A stretch of DNA of 64,000 nucleotides from Streptosporangiales bacterium (GTDB lineage: Bacteria > Actinomycetota > Actinomycetes > Streptosporangiales > WHSR01). The DNA lies in assembly GCA_009379995.1 (NCBI GenBank), contig WHSR01000003.1:10324-74323 (forward strand), read 5' to 3'. The notes under the pieces were generated by a model, which saw only the letters and a list, made by a program, of their open reading frames with translations, did not search any database and was not told the origin of the DNA. The position numbers and the translations under genes were made by a program. Positions 9,082 to 17,749 of the stretch are shown piece by piece (the stretch's first letter is position 1; every line of letters starts with the position of its first letter).

Positions 9082-9222
9082 GGTGACCTTTCTGGGGCGC
9101 GTCCCTTGCGGCCGCGCCGATCGCGGAGATGGCCGCATCCTGCACCCGTGGCGTGGGGGGCGTCACCACCGGGTAGAAGGTGATCTGTCCCACATCGGAG
9201 CCTCCAAGCCCTTCCCTGGGAG

Positions 9223-10821
9223 GTGGTCACGGTGCCCGTCGAGCCGCCGACACCCAAAGAGCTCGCCCGCATCGCCGCCGAGTACGGATTCGACCTCACC
9301 GACGAACAGATCGCCCAGTACGCGCTGCTGGCCGGGCCGACGCTGCAGGCCTTCGCCAGGCTGGACGAGTTGCCCCTGCCGACGCTGCCGGTGAAGTACC
9401 CCCGCACGCCCGGGTACCGGCCGCCGCCGGAGGAGAACCCGCACGGGGGCTGGGCCTGGCGGTGCTCGATCAAGGGCGCGGCCGAGGGTCCGCTGGCCGG
9501 CCAGCGGGTCGGGATCAAGGACAACGTGTGCGTGGCCGGCGTTCCCATGCTCAACGGCTCACCGATCATGGAGGGGTACGTGCCGCGTGAGGACGCCACG
9601 GTGGTCACGCGGCTGCTGGACGCGGGAGCCGAGATCGTCGGCAAGACGGCGGTACCGGCCTTCTGCTTCGACGGCGGCGGCCTCACCGGGTACCCGGAGC
9701 CACAGCCGACCAACCCCTACGATCGCGCGTACCTGTGCGGCGCCTCCTCGAACGGCAGCGCGGTAGTGGTCGTCACCGGCGAGGCGGACCTTGCGCTCGG
9801 CGGCGACCAGGGCGGATCGATCCGGCTGCCCTCGTCGTGGAGCGGCTGCTGTGGCATCAAGGCGACGCACGGCCTGGTGCCCTACACCGGGATCTTCCCC
9901 ATCGAGCGCACCCTCGACCACGTCGGCCCGATGGCCCGCACGGTGGCGGACTGCGCCCTCATGCTGCAGGTGATCGCCGGGCCGGACGGCCTCGACCCAC
10001 GGCAGATCGACGTCCGTACCGAGACCTACTCCGCGGCGCTGGACCGGACGAACGAACGGGGCCTCGAGGGAATGCGGATCGGTGTGCTGCGGGAGGGCTT
10101 CGGCATCCCCGGTGTCTCCGAGCCCGACGTCGACGAGGCGGTCCGGTCCGCGGCGGACACGCTCGCCGGCGGAGGCGCGGACGTCGAGGAGGTCTCGGTA
10201 CCCATGCACGCCGACGGGCTCGCGATCTGGAACGGCGTCGCGGTCGAGGGCGCCACCGACCTCATGGTCCGCGGCAACGCGTTCGGCACCAACTGGTCCG
10301 GCCACTACAGCCTCGACCTTGTCGACTTCTACAGCCGGGCGCGACGGACGCGAGGCCGCGACTACTCGCCGACCGTCAAGATCACCGTGTTGCTCGGCGC
10401 GTACCTGGCCGAGCGGTACGGGCACCACTACTACGCCAAGGCGCAGAACCTGGGCCGCGAGCTGCGGGCTCGGTACGCCGAGGCGCTCGAACGGGTCGAC
10501 GTGCTGCTGATGCCGACGACGGCGATGAAGGCACTGGCCTGGCCGGCCGAGCGGGACCTGCCTAACACGCTCGCCAGCGCGCTCGGCAACCTGCACAACA
10601 CCGCGCCTTTCGACGTCACCGGCAACCCGGCGCTGAGCATGCCTTGTGCGCTCTCTCAGGGGCGCCCGGTCGGCTTGATGCTGGTCGGCCGGCACTGGGA
10701 GGAATCGGCGGTCCTGCGGGTCGGCCACGCCTATGAGCAGCTCCGCGGCCCACTGCCGAAGCCGCCGCTCCCTACCGACGGCCGTGATCTTACGGAGAAA
10801 GACAAAGCGGTCCGAGTTTGA
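9223..10821 (+). CDS. amidase (amidase-signature family)
   Basis: 532 aa. AS-family motifs: GIKDNVCVAGVPMLNGS, CGASSNGSAVVV, GGDQGGSIRLPSSWSGCCGIKATHGLVP. GTG start at 9223 behind GGGAGG. Confidence 0.9.
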   Translation: MVTVPVEPPTPKELARIAAEYGFDLTDEQIAQYALLAGPTLQAFARLDELPLPTLPVKYPRTPGYRPPPEENPHGGWAWRCSIKGAAEGPLAGQRVGIKDNVCVAGVPMLNGSPIMEGYVPREDATVVTRLLDAGAEIVGKTAVPAFCFDGGGLTGYPEPQPTNPYDRAYLCGASSNGSAVVVVTGEADLALGGDQGGSIRLPSSWSGCCGIKATHGLVPYTGIFPIERTLDHVGPMARTVADCALMLQVIAGPDGLDPRQIDVRTETYSAALDRTNERGLEGMRIGVLREGFGIPGVSEPDVDEAVRSAADTLAGGGADVEEVSVPMHADGLAIWNGVAVEGATDLMVRGNAFGTNWSGHYSLDLVDFYSRARRTRGRDYSPTVKITVLLGAYLAERYGHHYYAKAQNLGRELRARYAEALERVDVLLMPTTAMKALAWPAERDLPNTLASALGNLHNTAPFDVTGNPALSMPCALSQGRPVGLMLVGRHWEESAVLRVGHAYEQLRGPLPKPPLPTDGRDLTEKDKAVRV

Positions 10822-10841
10822 ATTTCTGCAAGATCACGGCC
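10780..10841. terminator. long hairpin spanning the amidase stop codon (12-bp perfect arms GGCCGTGATCTT / AAGATCACGGCC)
   Basis: The arms lie at 10780-10791 and 10830-10841, and an inner AGAAA/TTTCT pairing extends the stem. The core TTTCTGCAAGATCACGG is repeated at 50256-50272. Confidence 0.45.
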
Positions 10842-10941
10842 ACCGAGAAACAGGAAGCGGAACCTCAGCTGCGCGGGGATGTAGGCAGTGAAGGAGGATG
10901 TGTATCGGTGATCGATACGCCTCGACGGAGGAGGAGAACAC

Positions 10942-11706
10942 GTGGCTGGACGGCTGAGCGGCACGGTGGCACTGGTGACCGGCGCGTCGAGCGGGATCGG
11001 CGCGGCGACCGCGCGGGCCTTGGCCGCCGAGGACGCCGCGGTCGCCGTGGTGGCGCGGCGTCGCGAGAGGCTGGAGGACCTGGCCGACGCCGTCCACGAC
11101 CAGGGCGGCAAGTCGCTGGTCATCGAGGCCGACGTCGGCGACGAGCGGCAGGCCAGGGACGCGGTCGAGCGCACCGTCGCGGAGTACGGTCGGCTCGACG
11201 TCCTCGTCAACAACGCCGGCCTCATGCTGCTCAGCCCGGTCGTCGACGCCTCCGCCGAGGAGTGGGACCGCATGGTCCGGGTCAACCAGCTCGGGGTGTT
11301 CCACTGCACGCGTACGGCCCTCCCGTACCTGCTGAGGGCGGCGGAGGAGGGGCCGCGGCGGGTGGCGGACGTGGTCACCGTCAGCTCGGTGGCGGGTCGC
11401 GTGGCACGCCCGACCAACGCCATCTACAGCGCTACCAAGCACGCCGTCGGCGCGTTCAGCGAGTCCTTGCGCCAAGAGGTCACCGGTCGGCACGTGCGGG
11501 TCTCGCTCATCGAGCCGGGCAGGGTACGTACCGAGCTGCAGAGCCACAACCGGCCGGAGGTCCAGGAGCAGCTCCGCAACCGGTTCGGTGACATCGAGCC
11601 CTTGGAGGCCGACGACATCGCCGACACGATCGTGTACGTCATCACCCGACCCCGGCACGTCGCGCTCAACGAGGTGCTGGTCCGGCCGACGGAACAACCG
11701 CAGTAG
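10942..11706 (+). CDS. SDR-family oxidoreductase
   Basis: 254 aa with TGASSGIG, NNAG and the catalytic YSATKHAV motif. Confidence 0.9.
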   Translation: MAGRLSGTVALVTGASSGIGAATARALAAEDAAVAVVARRRERLEDLADAVHDQGGKSLVIEADVGDERQARDAVERTVAEYGRLDVLVNNAGLMLLSPVVDASAEEWDRMVRVNQLGVFHCTRTALPYLLRAAEEGPRRVADVVTVSSVAGRVARPTNAIYSATKHAVGAFSESLRQEVTGRHVRVSLIEPGRVRTELQSHNRPEVQEQLRNRFGDIEPLEADDIADTIVYVITRPRHVALNEVLVRPTEQPQ

Positions 11707-11715
11707 GCGACGCGG

Positions 11716-12375
11716 ATGCCGACGAGGGCCCACCGGTTGCTGGGGATCGCCTTGGCGCTCGCCGCGGCCCTCGTGTTGTCGATAGCGCTCGTCCGCTCCG
11801 AGGGCGCCACCACGCCCACCGGAGAGGAGACCGGGACCGGCGACGACGAGCAGGTCATCACCACCGCCTACACCACCGGTTACGGCTGGTACGACAACAC
11901 CCCGCCCGGATCGGCGGTCATTTCCCACCCGGTGCTGCACAGACGTGCCGGCGGCGCCGGCACCCATGACGACCCCATCACCGTGGCGGTCGGGCACGAC
12001 CGATCCACCAGCAGGGACGCCCTCGACTACCCGCCCGGCACCAGGATCTACGTTCCGAACGTGCGGCGGTACTTCGTCGTCGAGGACACCTGCGGAGACG
12101 GGCCGCGCCCGCAGGACGGGCCCTGCCACGATGTGTCCGAGGCGCCGAGCGGGGCGACGACCTGGATAGACCTGTGGGTCGAGGGGCGGGGCGCGGACGA
12201 GGAGACGGTGCGGCGCTGTCAGGAGATCGTGACGAGCAGCGGCGGCGCGCTGCACACGATAGTGGTCAACCCGCGCCGCGACCACGCGGTGACCCCCGGC
12301 CCGATCCTGCGGGACGGCCGCTGCATCCGTCCCGGCGACGGCGGCTACGGCGACACCCCGGTGCGCGGCCGCTAG
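11716..12375 (+). CDS. secreted protein of unknown function
   Basis: 219 aa. Signal-peptide-like N-terminus MPTRAHRLLGIALALAAALVLSIALV. Strong G/C third-position bias. I recognise no family with confidence. The segment GYGWYDNTPPGSAVISHP...YVPNVRRYFVVEDTCGD is faintly reminiscent of a double-psi beta-barrel. Confidence 0.65.
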   Translation: MPTRAHRLLGIALALAAALVLSIALVRSEGATTPTGEETGTGDDEQVITTAYTTGYGWYDNTPPGSAVISHPVLHRRAGGAGTHDDPITVAVGHDRSTSRDALDYPPGTRIYVPNVRRYFVVEDTCGDGPRPQDGPCHDVSEAPSGATTWIDLWVEGRGADEETVRRCQEIVTSSGGALHTIVVNPRRDHAVTPGPILRDGRCIRPGDGGYGDTPVRGR

Positions 12376-12390
12376 CACCCCTGCGGGAGG

Positions 12391-13281
12391 TCACCGTCCG
12401 TCGACGCCGACATCCCGGTACAGCGACAGCAGCTCGTCCACCCCGCGGACGACGAGGTGCGGTCGCCGCGCGGGCGGCAGCCGCGCGAACGCGTCCACGC
12501 CGCCGATCCCGGTGGTGACGGCGATGGCCAGCGCCCGCCCGCGGTGCGCCATCGGCACCTCGAGCTCGGGATCGTCGCCCACCACGGCCAGATCCGCCGT
12601 CCTGGCGCCGAGACGCGCCCGGGCGGCACGCAGCACGTGCAGCGACGGCTTGCCCACGACCTCCACCCGGCAGCCGGTGAGACTTCTGATCATGGCCGTG
12701 ATGGCCCGCGACGTCCCTAGCGCCCTGCCCTCCGCGGTTGCGAAGAACATCGACTGCGATGCGCTGTAGAGGGTCGCGCCACCCCAGACCGCGTGGCAGG
12801 CGGCCTCCAGCGCGTCCATGGTGAACTCCCGGTACCAACCCACGAGCACCGCGTCGACCTTGCCTTCTTCGCCGGGCGACACGACCTCGATACCAGCGTC
12901 GCGCAGCGGTCGGGTCAGGCCCTCGGCGCCGAGGACCATCACCCGCCGGTATCCGCGCCGCTGGAAGGCGCCGACAGCGCCGCTCGCCGGCGTCATCACC
13001 GCGTCGTCACCGAGATCGAACCCGACCTCGCGCAGCATGCTGGCGTAGCGTTGCGGGGTCTGCGTCGTGCCGTTGGTGAGCATCACGTACGGCACGCCAC
13101 ATCGACGCAGCCAGGCGGTGATCTCCAACGCCCCCGGCAATGGCTTGAGCCCGTGGTTGCGCCGGTCGCCCAGCACCAGCGTGCCGTCCATGTCGAACAC
13201 GAAGCCGCGGACCGACCGGAGACGCTCGCGTACGGCTGGCGTCGGCCGGCTGGCGTCCGGGATGGCGAGGTCGTCAGGCAT
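12391..13281 (-). CDS. HAD-IIA family hydrolase (phosphatase-type)
   Basis: 296 aa. Motif I is FVFDMDGTLV, followed by MLTNGT, GKPS and VVGDD (HAD motifs II-IV). The ATG overlaps the upstream stop by 8 nt. Confidence 0.85.
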   Translation of the reverse strand: MPDDLAIPDASRPTPAVRERLRSVRGFVFDMDGTLVLGDRRNHGLKPLPGALEITAWLRRCGVPYVMLTNGTTQTPQRYASMLREVGFDLGDDAVMTPASGAVGAFQRRGYRRVMVLGAEGLTRPLRDAGIEVVSPGEEGKVDAVLVGWYREFTMDALEAACHAVWGGATLYSASQSMFFATAEGRALGTSRAITAMIRSLTGCRVEVVGKPSLHVLRAARARLGARTADLAVVGDDPELEVPMAHRGRALAIAVTTGIGGVDAFARLPPARRPHLVVRGVDELLSLYRDVGVDGR

Positions 13282-14761
13282 CGGCGCGGTCCATCCGTTC
13301 GTGGCGACGTAGCTCCAGGCGGAAGCCGGGCTTGTCGACGGTGAGGTCCGGCGAGTCCGGTCGCGACCCCAGCTCGCGCAGCAGTCCCAGCACAGGCGCC
13401 AGGTCCGGGTTGTAGTGCCGGTCCGCCGGCCCGGCGGCGAGCATCGCGTCGACCTGGTCCCCCGGCATGACGGCGCGCAGCAGCAGCTCCTCGTCGCTGA
13501 CGCCTCGCGGGAACCGGCGGCGAAGCTCGGCCGGCGTGGGCGGGGGTGGCTCCGCCATGATCTGCGCCGCCCTCGGTCGGTCGAGGATGCGGTCCTTGAC
13601 GTCGGGGTCGACAGCGCCGGTGGGGCGGCCGAACGTGCCGAGGATGTAGCGAATCACCTGGTCCGAGACGTTGGTGTAGCGCTCGTCGGCGACCACGTTG
13701 TACAGCGCCTGCGAGCAAACGATCTGCGGGAAGGGCGTGACCATGATCGGGTGGCCCAGCTCGGCGCGTACCCTTCCGACCTCGTCGATGACGGCGTCGA
13801 AGCGGTCTTCGAGGCCAAGCTCGGAAAGCTGACGCCGAAGCGTGGTCACGACTCCGCCCGGCACCTGGTGGCGGAGGAACGCGGCGTCGTACTCACGGGG
13901 CGTGCCGACCGGCCGGGATTCCGCGTCCGCCAGCCGGGCGAAGTACTCAGCGACGACGGCGAGCAGCCGGTCGTCGACGTCGACCGTGTGGCCGAGCTCG
14001 CGAAGGTTCGCCACTACCTGCTGGGCGTTCGGCAGCGAGGTGCCGTTCGCCAGCGACCCGCAGGCGACCTGCAGCACCTCGACGCCAAGCTCGGCGGCGG
14101 CCAGGTAGGTGAGCGGCGACAACCCCAGCGTGCAGTGCGAGTGCAGTTCGAGCGGCGTGCCGGAGAGCCGGGCGAGCACGGCAGGGACGAGAGTGCCCGC
14201 GCGTTCCGGCGAGAGCAGGCCGGACGGGTCCTTGATGTAGACGCGGTCGATGTTCGGCGAGGAGGCCATCTGGGCGGCCAGGTCTGCGTAGAAGGCGTCG
14301 TCGTGCACGGCGCTGACGGTGAAGGTCAGCGCCCCGACGATCTCCTCCCCGCCGGCCGCTCGGATCATCGCGGCCGTGGCGAACACCGCGTCGATGTCGT
14401 GCATCGGGTCGAGCACGACGAACCGGGTGATCCCGTTCGCGACCAGCCGTTCGTAGACCAGCCGCATGAACTCCGGGTGTGCGGCCTCCCAGGAGACGAA
14501 GCGGAAGCCGGTGCCGATGAACTGCAACGGCGTGTTCGGCATCGCGGCCCGGGTGAGCCGGATGCGCTCCCAGGGGTCCTCCCGGTGCAACCGCACCGCC
14601 ACGCCCATATGGGTGCTGGAGGTGAAGTCGAGCGCCCGGAGCCCGAGCCGATCCATCGCCGGCGCGATGCCCAGGATCTGCGCCGTGGTGAACCCCGTCG
14701 CCCCCCACAGGCTCTGGTTCCCGTCGCGGATCGACACGTCGAGGAGCTCGATGTCAGCCAC
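13274..14761 (-). CDS. carboxyltransferase subunit of a biotin-dependent carboxylase (pyruvate carboxylase B / oxaloacetate decarboxylase alpha / 5S type, no BCCP domain)
   Basis: GTG start at 14759-14761. Motifs: VADIELLDVSIRDGNQSLWG, EDPWERIRL, YIKDPSGLL, LELHSHCTLGLS. These match the metal-binding TIM-barrel CT domain. Confidence 0.85.
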   Translation of the reverse strand: MADIELLDVSIRDGNQSLWGATGFTTAQILGIAPAMDRLGLRALDFTSSTHMGVAVRLHREDPWERIRLTRAAMPNTPLQFIGTGFRFVSWEAAHPEFMRLVYERLVANGITRFVVLDPMHDIDAVFATAAMIRAAGGEEIVGALTFTVSAVHDDAFYADLAAQMASSPNIDRVYIKDPSGLLSPERAGTLVPAVLARLSGTPLELHSHCTLGLSPLTYLAAAELGVEVLQVACGSLANGTSLPNAQQVVANLRELGHTVDVDDRLLAVVAEYFARLADAESRPVGTPREYDAAFLRHQVPGGVVTTLRRQLSELGLEDRFDAVIDEVGRVRAELGHPIMVTPFPQIVCSQALYNVVADERYTNVSDQVIRYILGTFGRPTGAVDPDVKDRILDRPRAAQIMAEPPPPTPAELRRRFPRGVSDEELLLRAVMPGDQVDAMLAAGPADRHYNPDLAPVLGLLRELGSRPDSPDLTVDKPGFRLELRRHERMDRADA

Positions 14762-16118
14762 GGGCCGCCCCCACGCCTTCCAGGAACCGATCGAGGAGGG
14801 CGATGTCGGCGCCACCCCCGGCGAACTCCGGATCCGCGCAGAGCGCACGGTGCAGCGGCAGGTTCGTGGTGATCCCGTCGACGCGGCAACGGTCCAGCGC
14901 GTCGGCCAGCCGCGCCACCGCGTCGCCGCGGTCACGGCCACAAACGATCAGCTTGGCGACGAGCGAGTCGTAGAAGGGCGGGACCGCCGAACCCGCCTGT
15001 ACGTGCGTGTCGACACGGATCCCCGGTCCGGCGGGGAACACCGCCTCGGTCACCGTCCCGGGGCTGGGCCGAAAGCCACGCCGCCAGTCCTCGGCGTTGA
15101 TCCGGCATTCGATCGCGTGTCCGTTGGTCCGTACGTCCGACTGGGCGAGGGTGACCGGCCGACCCTCGGCGATCGCGATCTGCTCGGCCACCAGGTCCAG
15201 TCCGACGACCTCCTCGGTGACCGGGTGCTCGACCTGCACGCGCGCGTTCATCTCCAGGAAGTGGAAGGTGTCCCGGTCGAGGTCGACGAGGAACTCGACG
15301 GTGCCGATGCCGCGGTACCCGAGGCGCTCGCCGAACGCGACGGCGGCCCGGTGCATCTCGGCACGCAGCCGGTCACCCAGGTCCGGCGCCGGGGCCTCCT
15401 CCACGAGCTTCTGGTACCGACGCTGTACCGAACAGTCCCTGTCGCCCAGCTGGATCACCGTCTCCCCGTCGCCCAGCAGCTGCACCTCGACGTGCCGGCC
15501 GGACCGCACCAGGCGTTCCAGGTAGACGCGCGGGTCGCCGAACGCCGCCCGCGCCTCGGCCATCGCGCGCTCGACAGCCTCCGTTAGCCCGTGCGGGTCG
15601 TGGACCGGCTTCAGCCCGCGGCCACCCCCACCGCCGACGGCCTTGACGAGCACCGGGAAGCCGATGTCCTCGGCCAGCTCCCGTGCCTCGGTCACGCCGC
15701 GTACCTCGCCGCCCGGCATCACCGGCAGACCCGCCGCGACCGCGTGGTCGCGGGCCCGCAGCTTGTCGCCGGCCGCCGCCAGCTGCGCCTCGGTCGGGCC
15801 GACGAAGACGACGCCGGCCTCATCGCAGGCGCGTGCGAGCCGCGGATTCTCGGAGAGGAAGCCGTAGCCGGGATGGATCGCGTCGGCCTCTACCGCGAGC
15901 GCGGCGCCGACGACCGCCTCGACGTCGAGGTAACTCGCCGAGGAGCTCGCGGGGCCGATGCAGATCGTGCGATCGGCCAGACGCGCCGGCAGCGAGTCCA
16001 GGTCGGCCTCGGACGCGGCGAGCACGGCCTCGATGCCGAGGCGCTCGCAGGTACGCAGGATCCGTACGGCGATCTCGCCCCGGTTGGCGATGAGGACGCG
16101 TCGCAGGACCGGCCTCAT
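14754..16118 (-). CDS. accC: biotin carboxylase
   Basis: Real start is MRPVLRRVLIANRGEIAVRILRT (ATG 16116-16118). Motifs: GYGFLSEN, VKAVGGGGGRGL, HVEVQLLGD, EMNARVQVEHPVTE. The 185 aa upstream in the track ORF are off-frame junk. Confidence 0.9.
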   Translation of the reverse strand: MRPVLRRVLIANRGEIAVRILRTCERLGIEAVLAASEADLDSLPARLADRTICIGPASSSASYLDVEAVVGAALAVEADAIHPGYGFLSENPRLARACDEAGVVFVGPTEAQLAAAGDKLRARDHAVAAGLPVMPGGEVRGVTEARELAEDIGFPVLVKAVGGGGGRGLKPVHDPHGLTEAVERAMAEARAAFGDPRVYLERLVRSGRHVEVQLLGDGETVIQLGDRDCSVQRRYQKLVEEAPAPDLGDRLRAEMHRAAVAFGERLGYRGIGTVEFLVDLDRDTFHFLEMNARVQVEHPVTEEVVGLDLVAEQIAIAEGRPVTLAQSDVRTNGHAIECRINAEDWRRGFRPSPGTVTEAVFPAGPGIRVDTHVQAGSAVPPFYDSLVAKLIVCGRDRGDAVARLADALDRCRVDGITTNLPLHRALCADPEFAGGGADIALLDRFLEGVGAARG

Positions 16119-16642
16119 GCTGGCCGCGTCTCCGGTTCGATGCGCATCACTACGGCGTCCTGCTCGGCGAACTGGGCATCGGCCAGGCAGATCTCGGCCA
16201 CCCTGCCGCGGAAGCCGGCGTAGACCGAGTTCATCAGCTTCATCGTTTCGATGATGCCGACGACCGTTTCCTCGTCGACCCGGCTGCCGACCTCGACGAA
16301 CGGCGCCGCTCCCGGTCTGGGGGCCCGGTAGAACGTGCCGAGCAGCGGTGCGCGTACCTCGCGGAGGCCGTCCCGCTCCACCGGCGGCGGGCCGGGCGCC
16401 CCCGTCTCTGTGGTCGTCTCTGTAGTCGTCTCTGTGGTCGTCTCTGTGGTCGTCTCGCTGGCCGATCCTGCGGCCGGCAGCACGTTCGGCGACCCCGTCG
16501 CCTGCGACTCCTGCGTCCAACCGCCACCCGGGGCACGCCGAAGGGAGAGCCGGAAACGCTCGGTCTGCAGGTGCAGCTCGTCGTAGGGCGTGGCGTCGAG
16601 CAGCCGCAGGATGTCTTGCACGTCGTCGTTGGTCAGGTTCAC
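16115..16642 (-). CDS. accB: biotin carboxyl carrier protein
   Basis: 175 aa from GTG 16640-16642. The C-terminal biotinyl domain has the VGIIETMKLMNSV (MKLM) motif. A Thr/Glu/Pro-rich linker is present. There is a GTGA overlap with the upstream gene and an ATGA overlap with accC. Confidence 0.85.
   Translation of the reverse strand: MNLTNDDVQDILRLLDATPYDELHLQTERFRLSLRRAPGGGWTQESQATGSPNVLPAAGSASETTTETTTETTTETTTETGAPGPPPVERDGLREVRAPLLGTFYRAPRPGAAPFVEVGSRVDEETVVGIIETMKLMNSVYAGFRGRVAEICLADAQFAEQDAVVMRIEPETRPA
16404..16456. repeat. 12-bp tandem repeat x4.4 (gtctctgtggtc) encoding (TETT)n in the BCCP linker
   Basis: Direct reading gives gtctctgtggtc gtctctgtagtc gtctctgtggtc gtctctgtggtc gtctc. 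It is in-frame within accB. Confidence 0.9.
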
Positions 16643-17739
16643 CTCGCAGCTCCCCCGAGTCGGTCGAACACATGCTGGAAGGCCTTGCCCTTCGGCATCG
16701 CGACGGGGCCCTTTTCCCGGCCGGCCCACACCGTCTCCGGCCTGCTCTGCAGGACGAAGACGTTCTCGCCGGTGTTCGTGGCCGCCCCCGAGATGGCCCA
16801 TTCGATGTCCTGCGGTGCCCCGTAGTGGTTCTCGACGCGTCGTCCGAGGTCCGCCAGCAGTCGGATCTCGTCGTCGCTCAGGCAAGGCCGGTCCTGCAGG
16901 TCGGCGGGTACGGCCTCGTCGACCGCCCCGGCGCCGCCCGGGTTCATCCGGTGCTGGCGGAGCTTGCTCGACACCGACCGCTTGACGATTTCGCCGGTCA
17001 CCTTGCTGACGACGTAGGTGTCCGGGGTGACGTCGCCGCTGACGATGGCCGAGCCCAGACCCCAGCTCGCCTCGATGGCGATCACGGAGCGGTCCCCGGT
17101 GCTGGGGCTGCGGGTGAACATGACGCCGGAGCAGCGCGGGTCCACCATCCGCTGGATCACCACCGCCATGGCGAGGCCCCGCTCCGGCAGGTTGCGGCGC
17201 AGCCGGTAGCTCACCGACTCGACGCTGTACAGGCTCGCCCAGCACCTGCGCACGTGGTCGACCACCGCGTCCGCCCCGCGCACCCACAGGTACGTGTCCT
17301 GCAGGCCGGCGAAGCTGGCGTCCCCGCTGTCCTCGCCCGTCGCGCTGGAACGAACGGCCACCGGAGCGCCGGCGTCGGCGTCGTCCGGCTCCCGATGCAA
17401 CGCGCGGTAGCCTTCCGCGATCGCCGCACACAGGTCCTCCGGCAACGCCGCCATCTCGATGCGACGGCGGATGTCCGCGGTCACCCGCGCCACGGCGGCA
17501 TAGTCATCGGCGTCATCGGCGGCGTCGGCGGCGAGGCTCTCGATTTCCCGGCGGATCGCCCCGGCTGGGTCGAGTGCTTGGACGGCACGCTCGAAGGCCG
17601 ACGTGGTCACGAGGCAGCCGGGCGGGACGCGCAGGCCGGCCCTCGTCAGCTCGCCGAGGCTCGCTCCCTTGCCTCCCGCCGTCGGCCGATCGTCGATGCC
17701 GATGTCGGCGAGGCTGCGAACGAGGTAGGGGTTCGTCAC
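16639..17739 (-). CDS. PEP/pyruvate-binding (PPDK_N, ATP-grasp) subunit of a split PEP-synthase/phenylphosphate-synthase-like phosphotransferase
   Basis: 366 aa. Motifs: GGKGASLGELTRAGLRVPPG, VAVRSSATGED, FAGLQDTYL, MAVVIQRMV, QDIEWA. It has no swivel-His domain of its own. Confidence 0.85.
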   Translation of the reverse strand: MTNPYLVRSLADIGIDDRPTAGGKGASLGELTRAGLRVPPGCLVTTSAFERAVQALDPAGAIRREIESLAADAADDADDYAAVARVTADIRRRIEMAALPEDLCAAIAEGYRALHREPDDADAGAPVAVRSSATGEDSGDASFAGLQDTYLWVRGADAVVDHVRRCWASLYSVESVSYRLRRNLPERGLAMAVVIQRMVDPRCSGVMFTRSPSTGDRSVIAIEASWGLGSAIVSGDVTPDTYVVSKVTGEIVKRSVSSKLRQHRMNPGGAGAVDEAVPADLQDRPCLSDDEIRLLADLGRRVENHYGAPQDIEWAISGAATNTGENVFVLQSRPETVWAGREKGPVAMPKGKAFQHVFDRLGGAAR

Positions 17740-17749
17740 GGGCCATCCA

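Noticed and set aside
16119-17431. N-terminal extensions of the accC (to 16673) and accB (to 17431) track ORFs
   Set aside because: Residue counting places the conserved N-termini at 16118 and 16642, with ATGA/GTGA coupling. The extensions are off-frame readings of neighbouring genes (for example DDHRDDHRDDYRDDHRD, which is the TETT repeat read in another frame).
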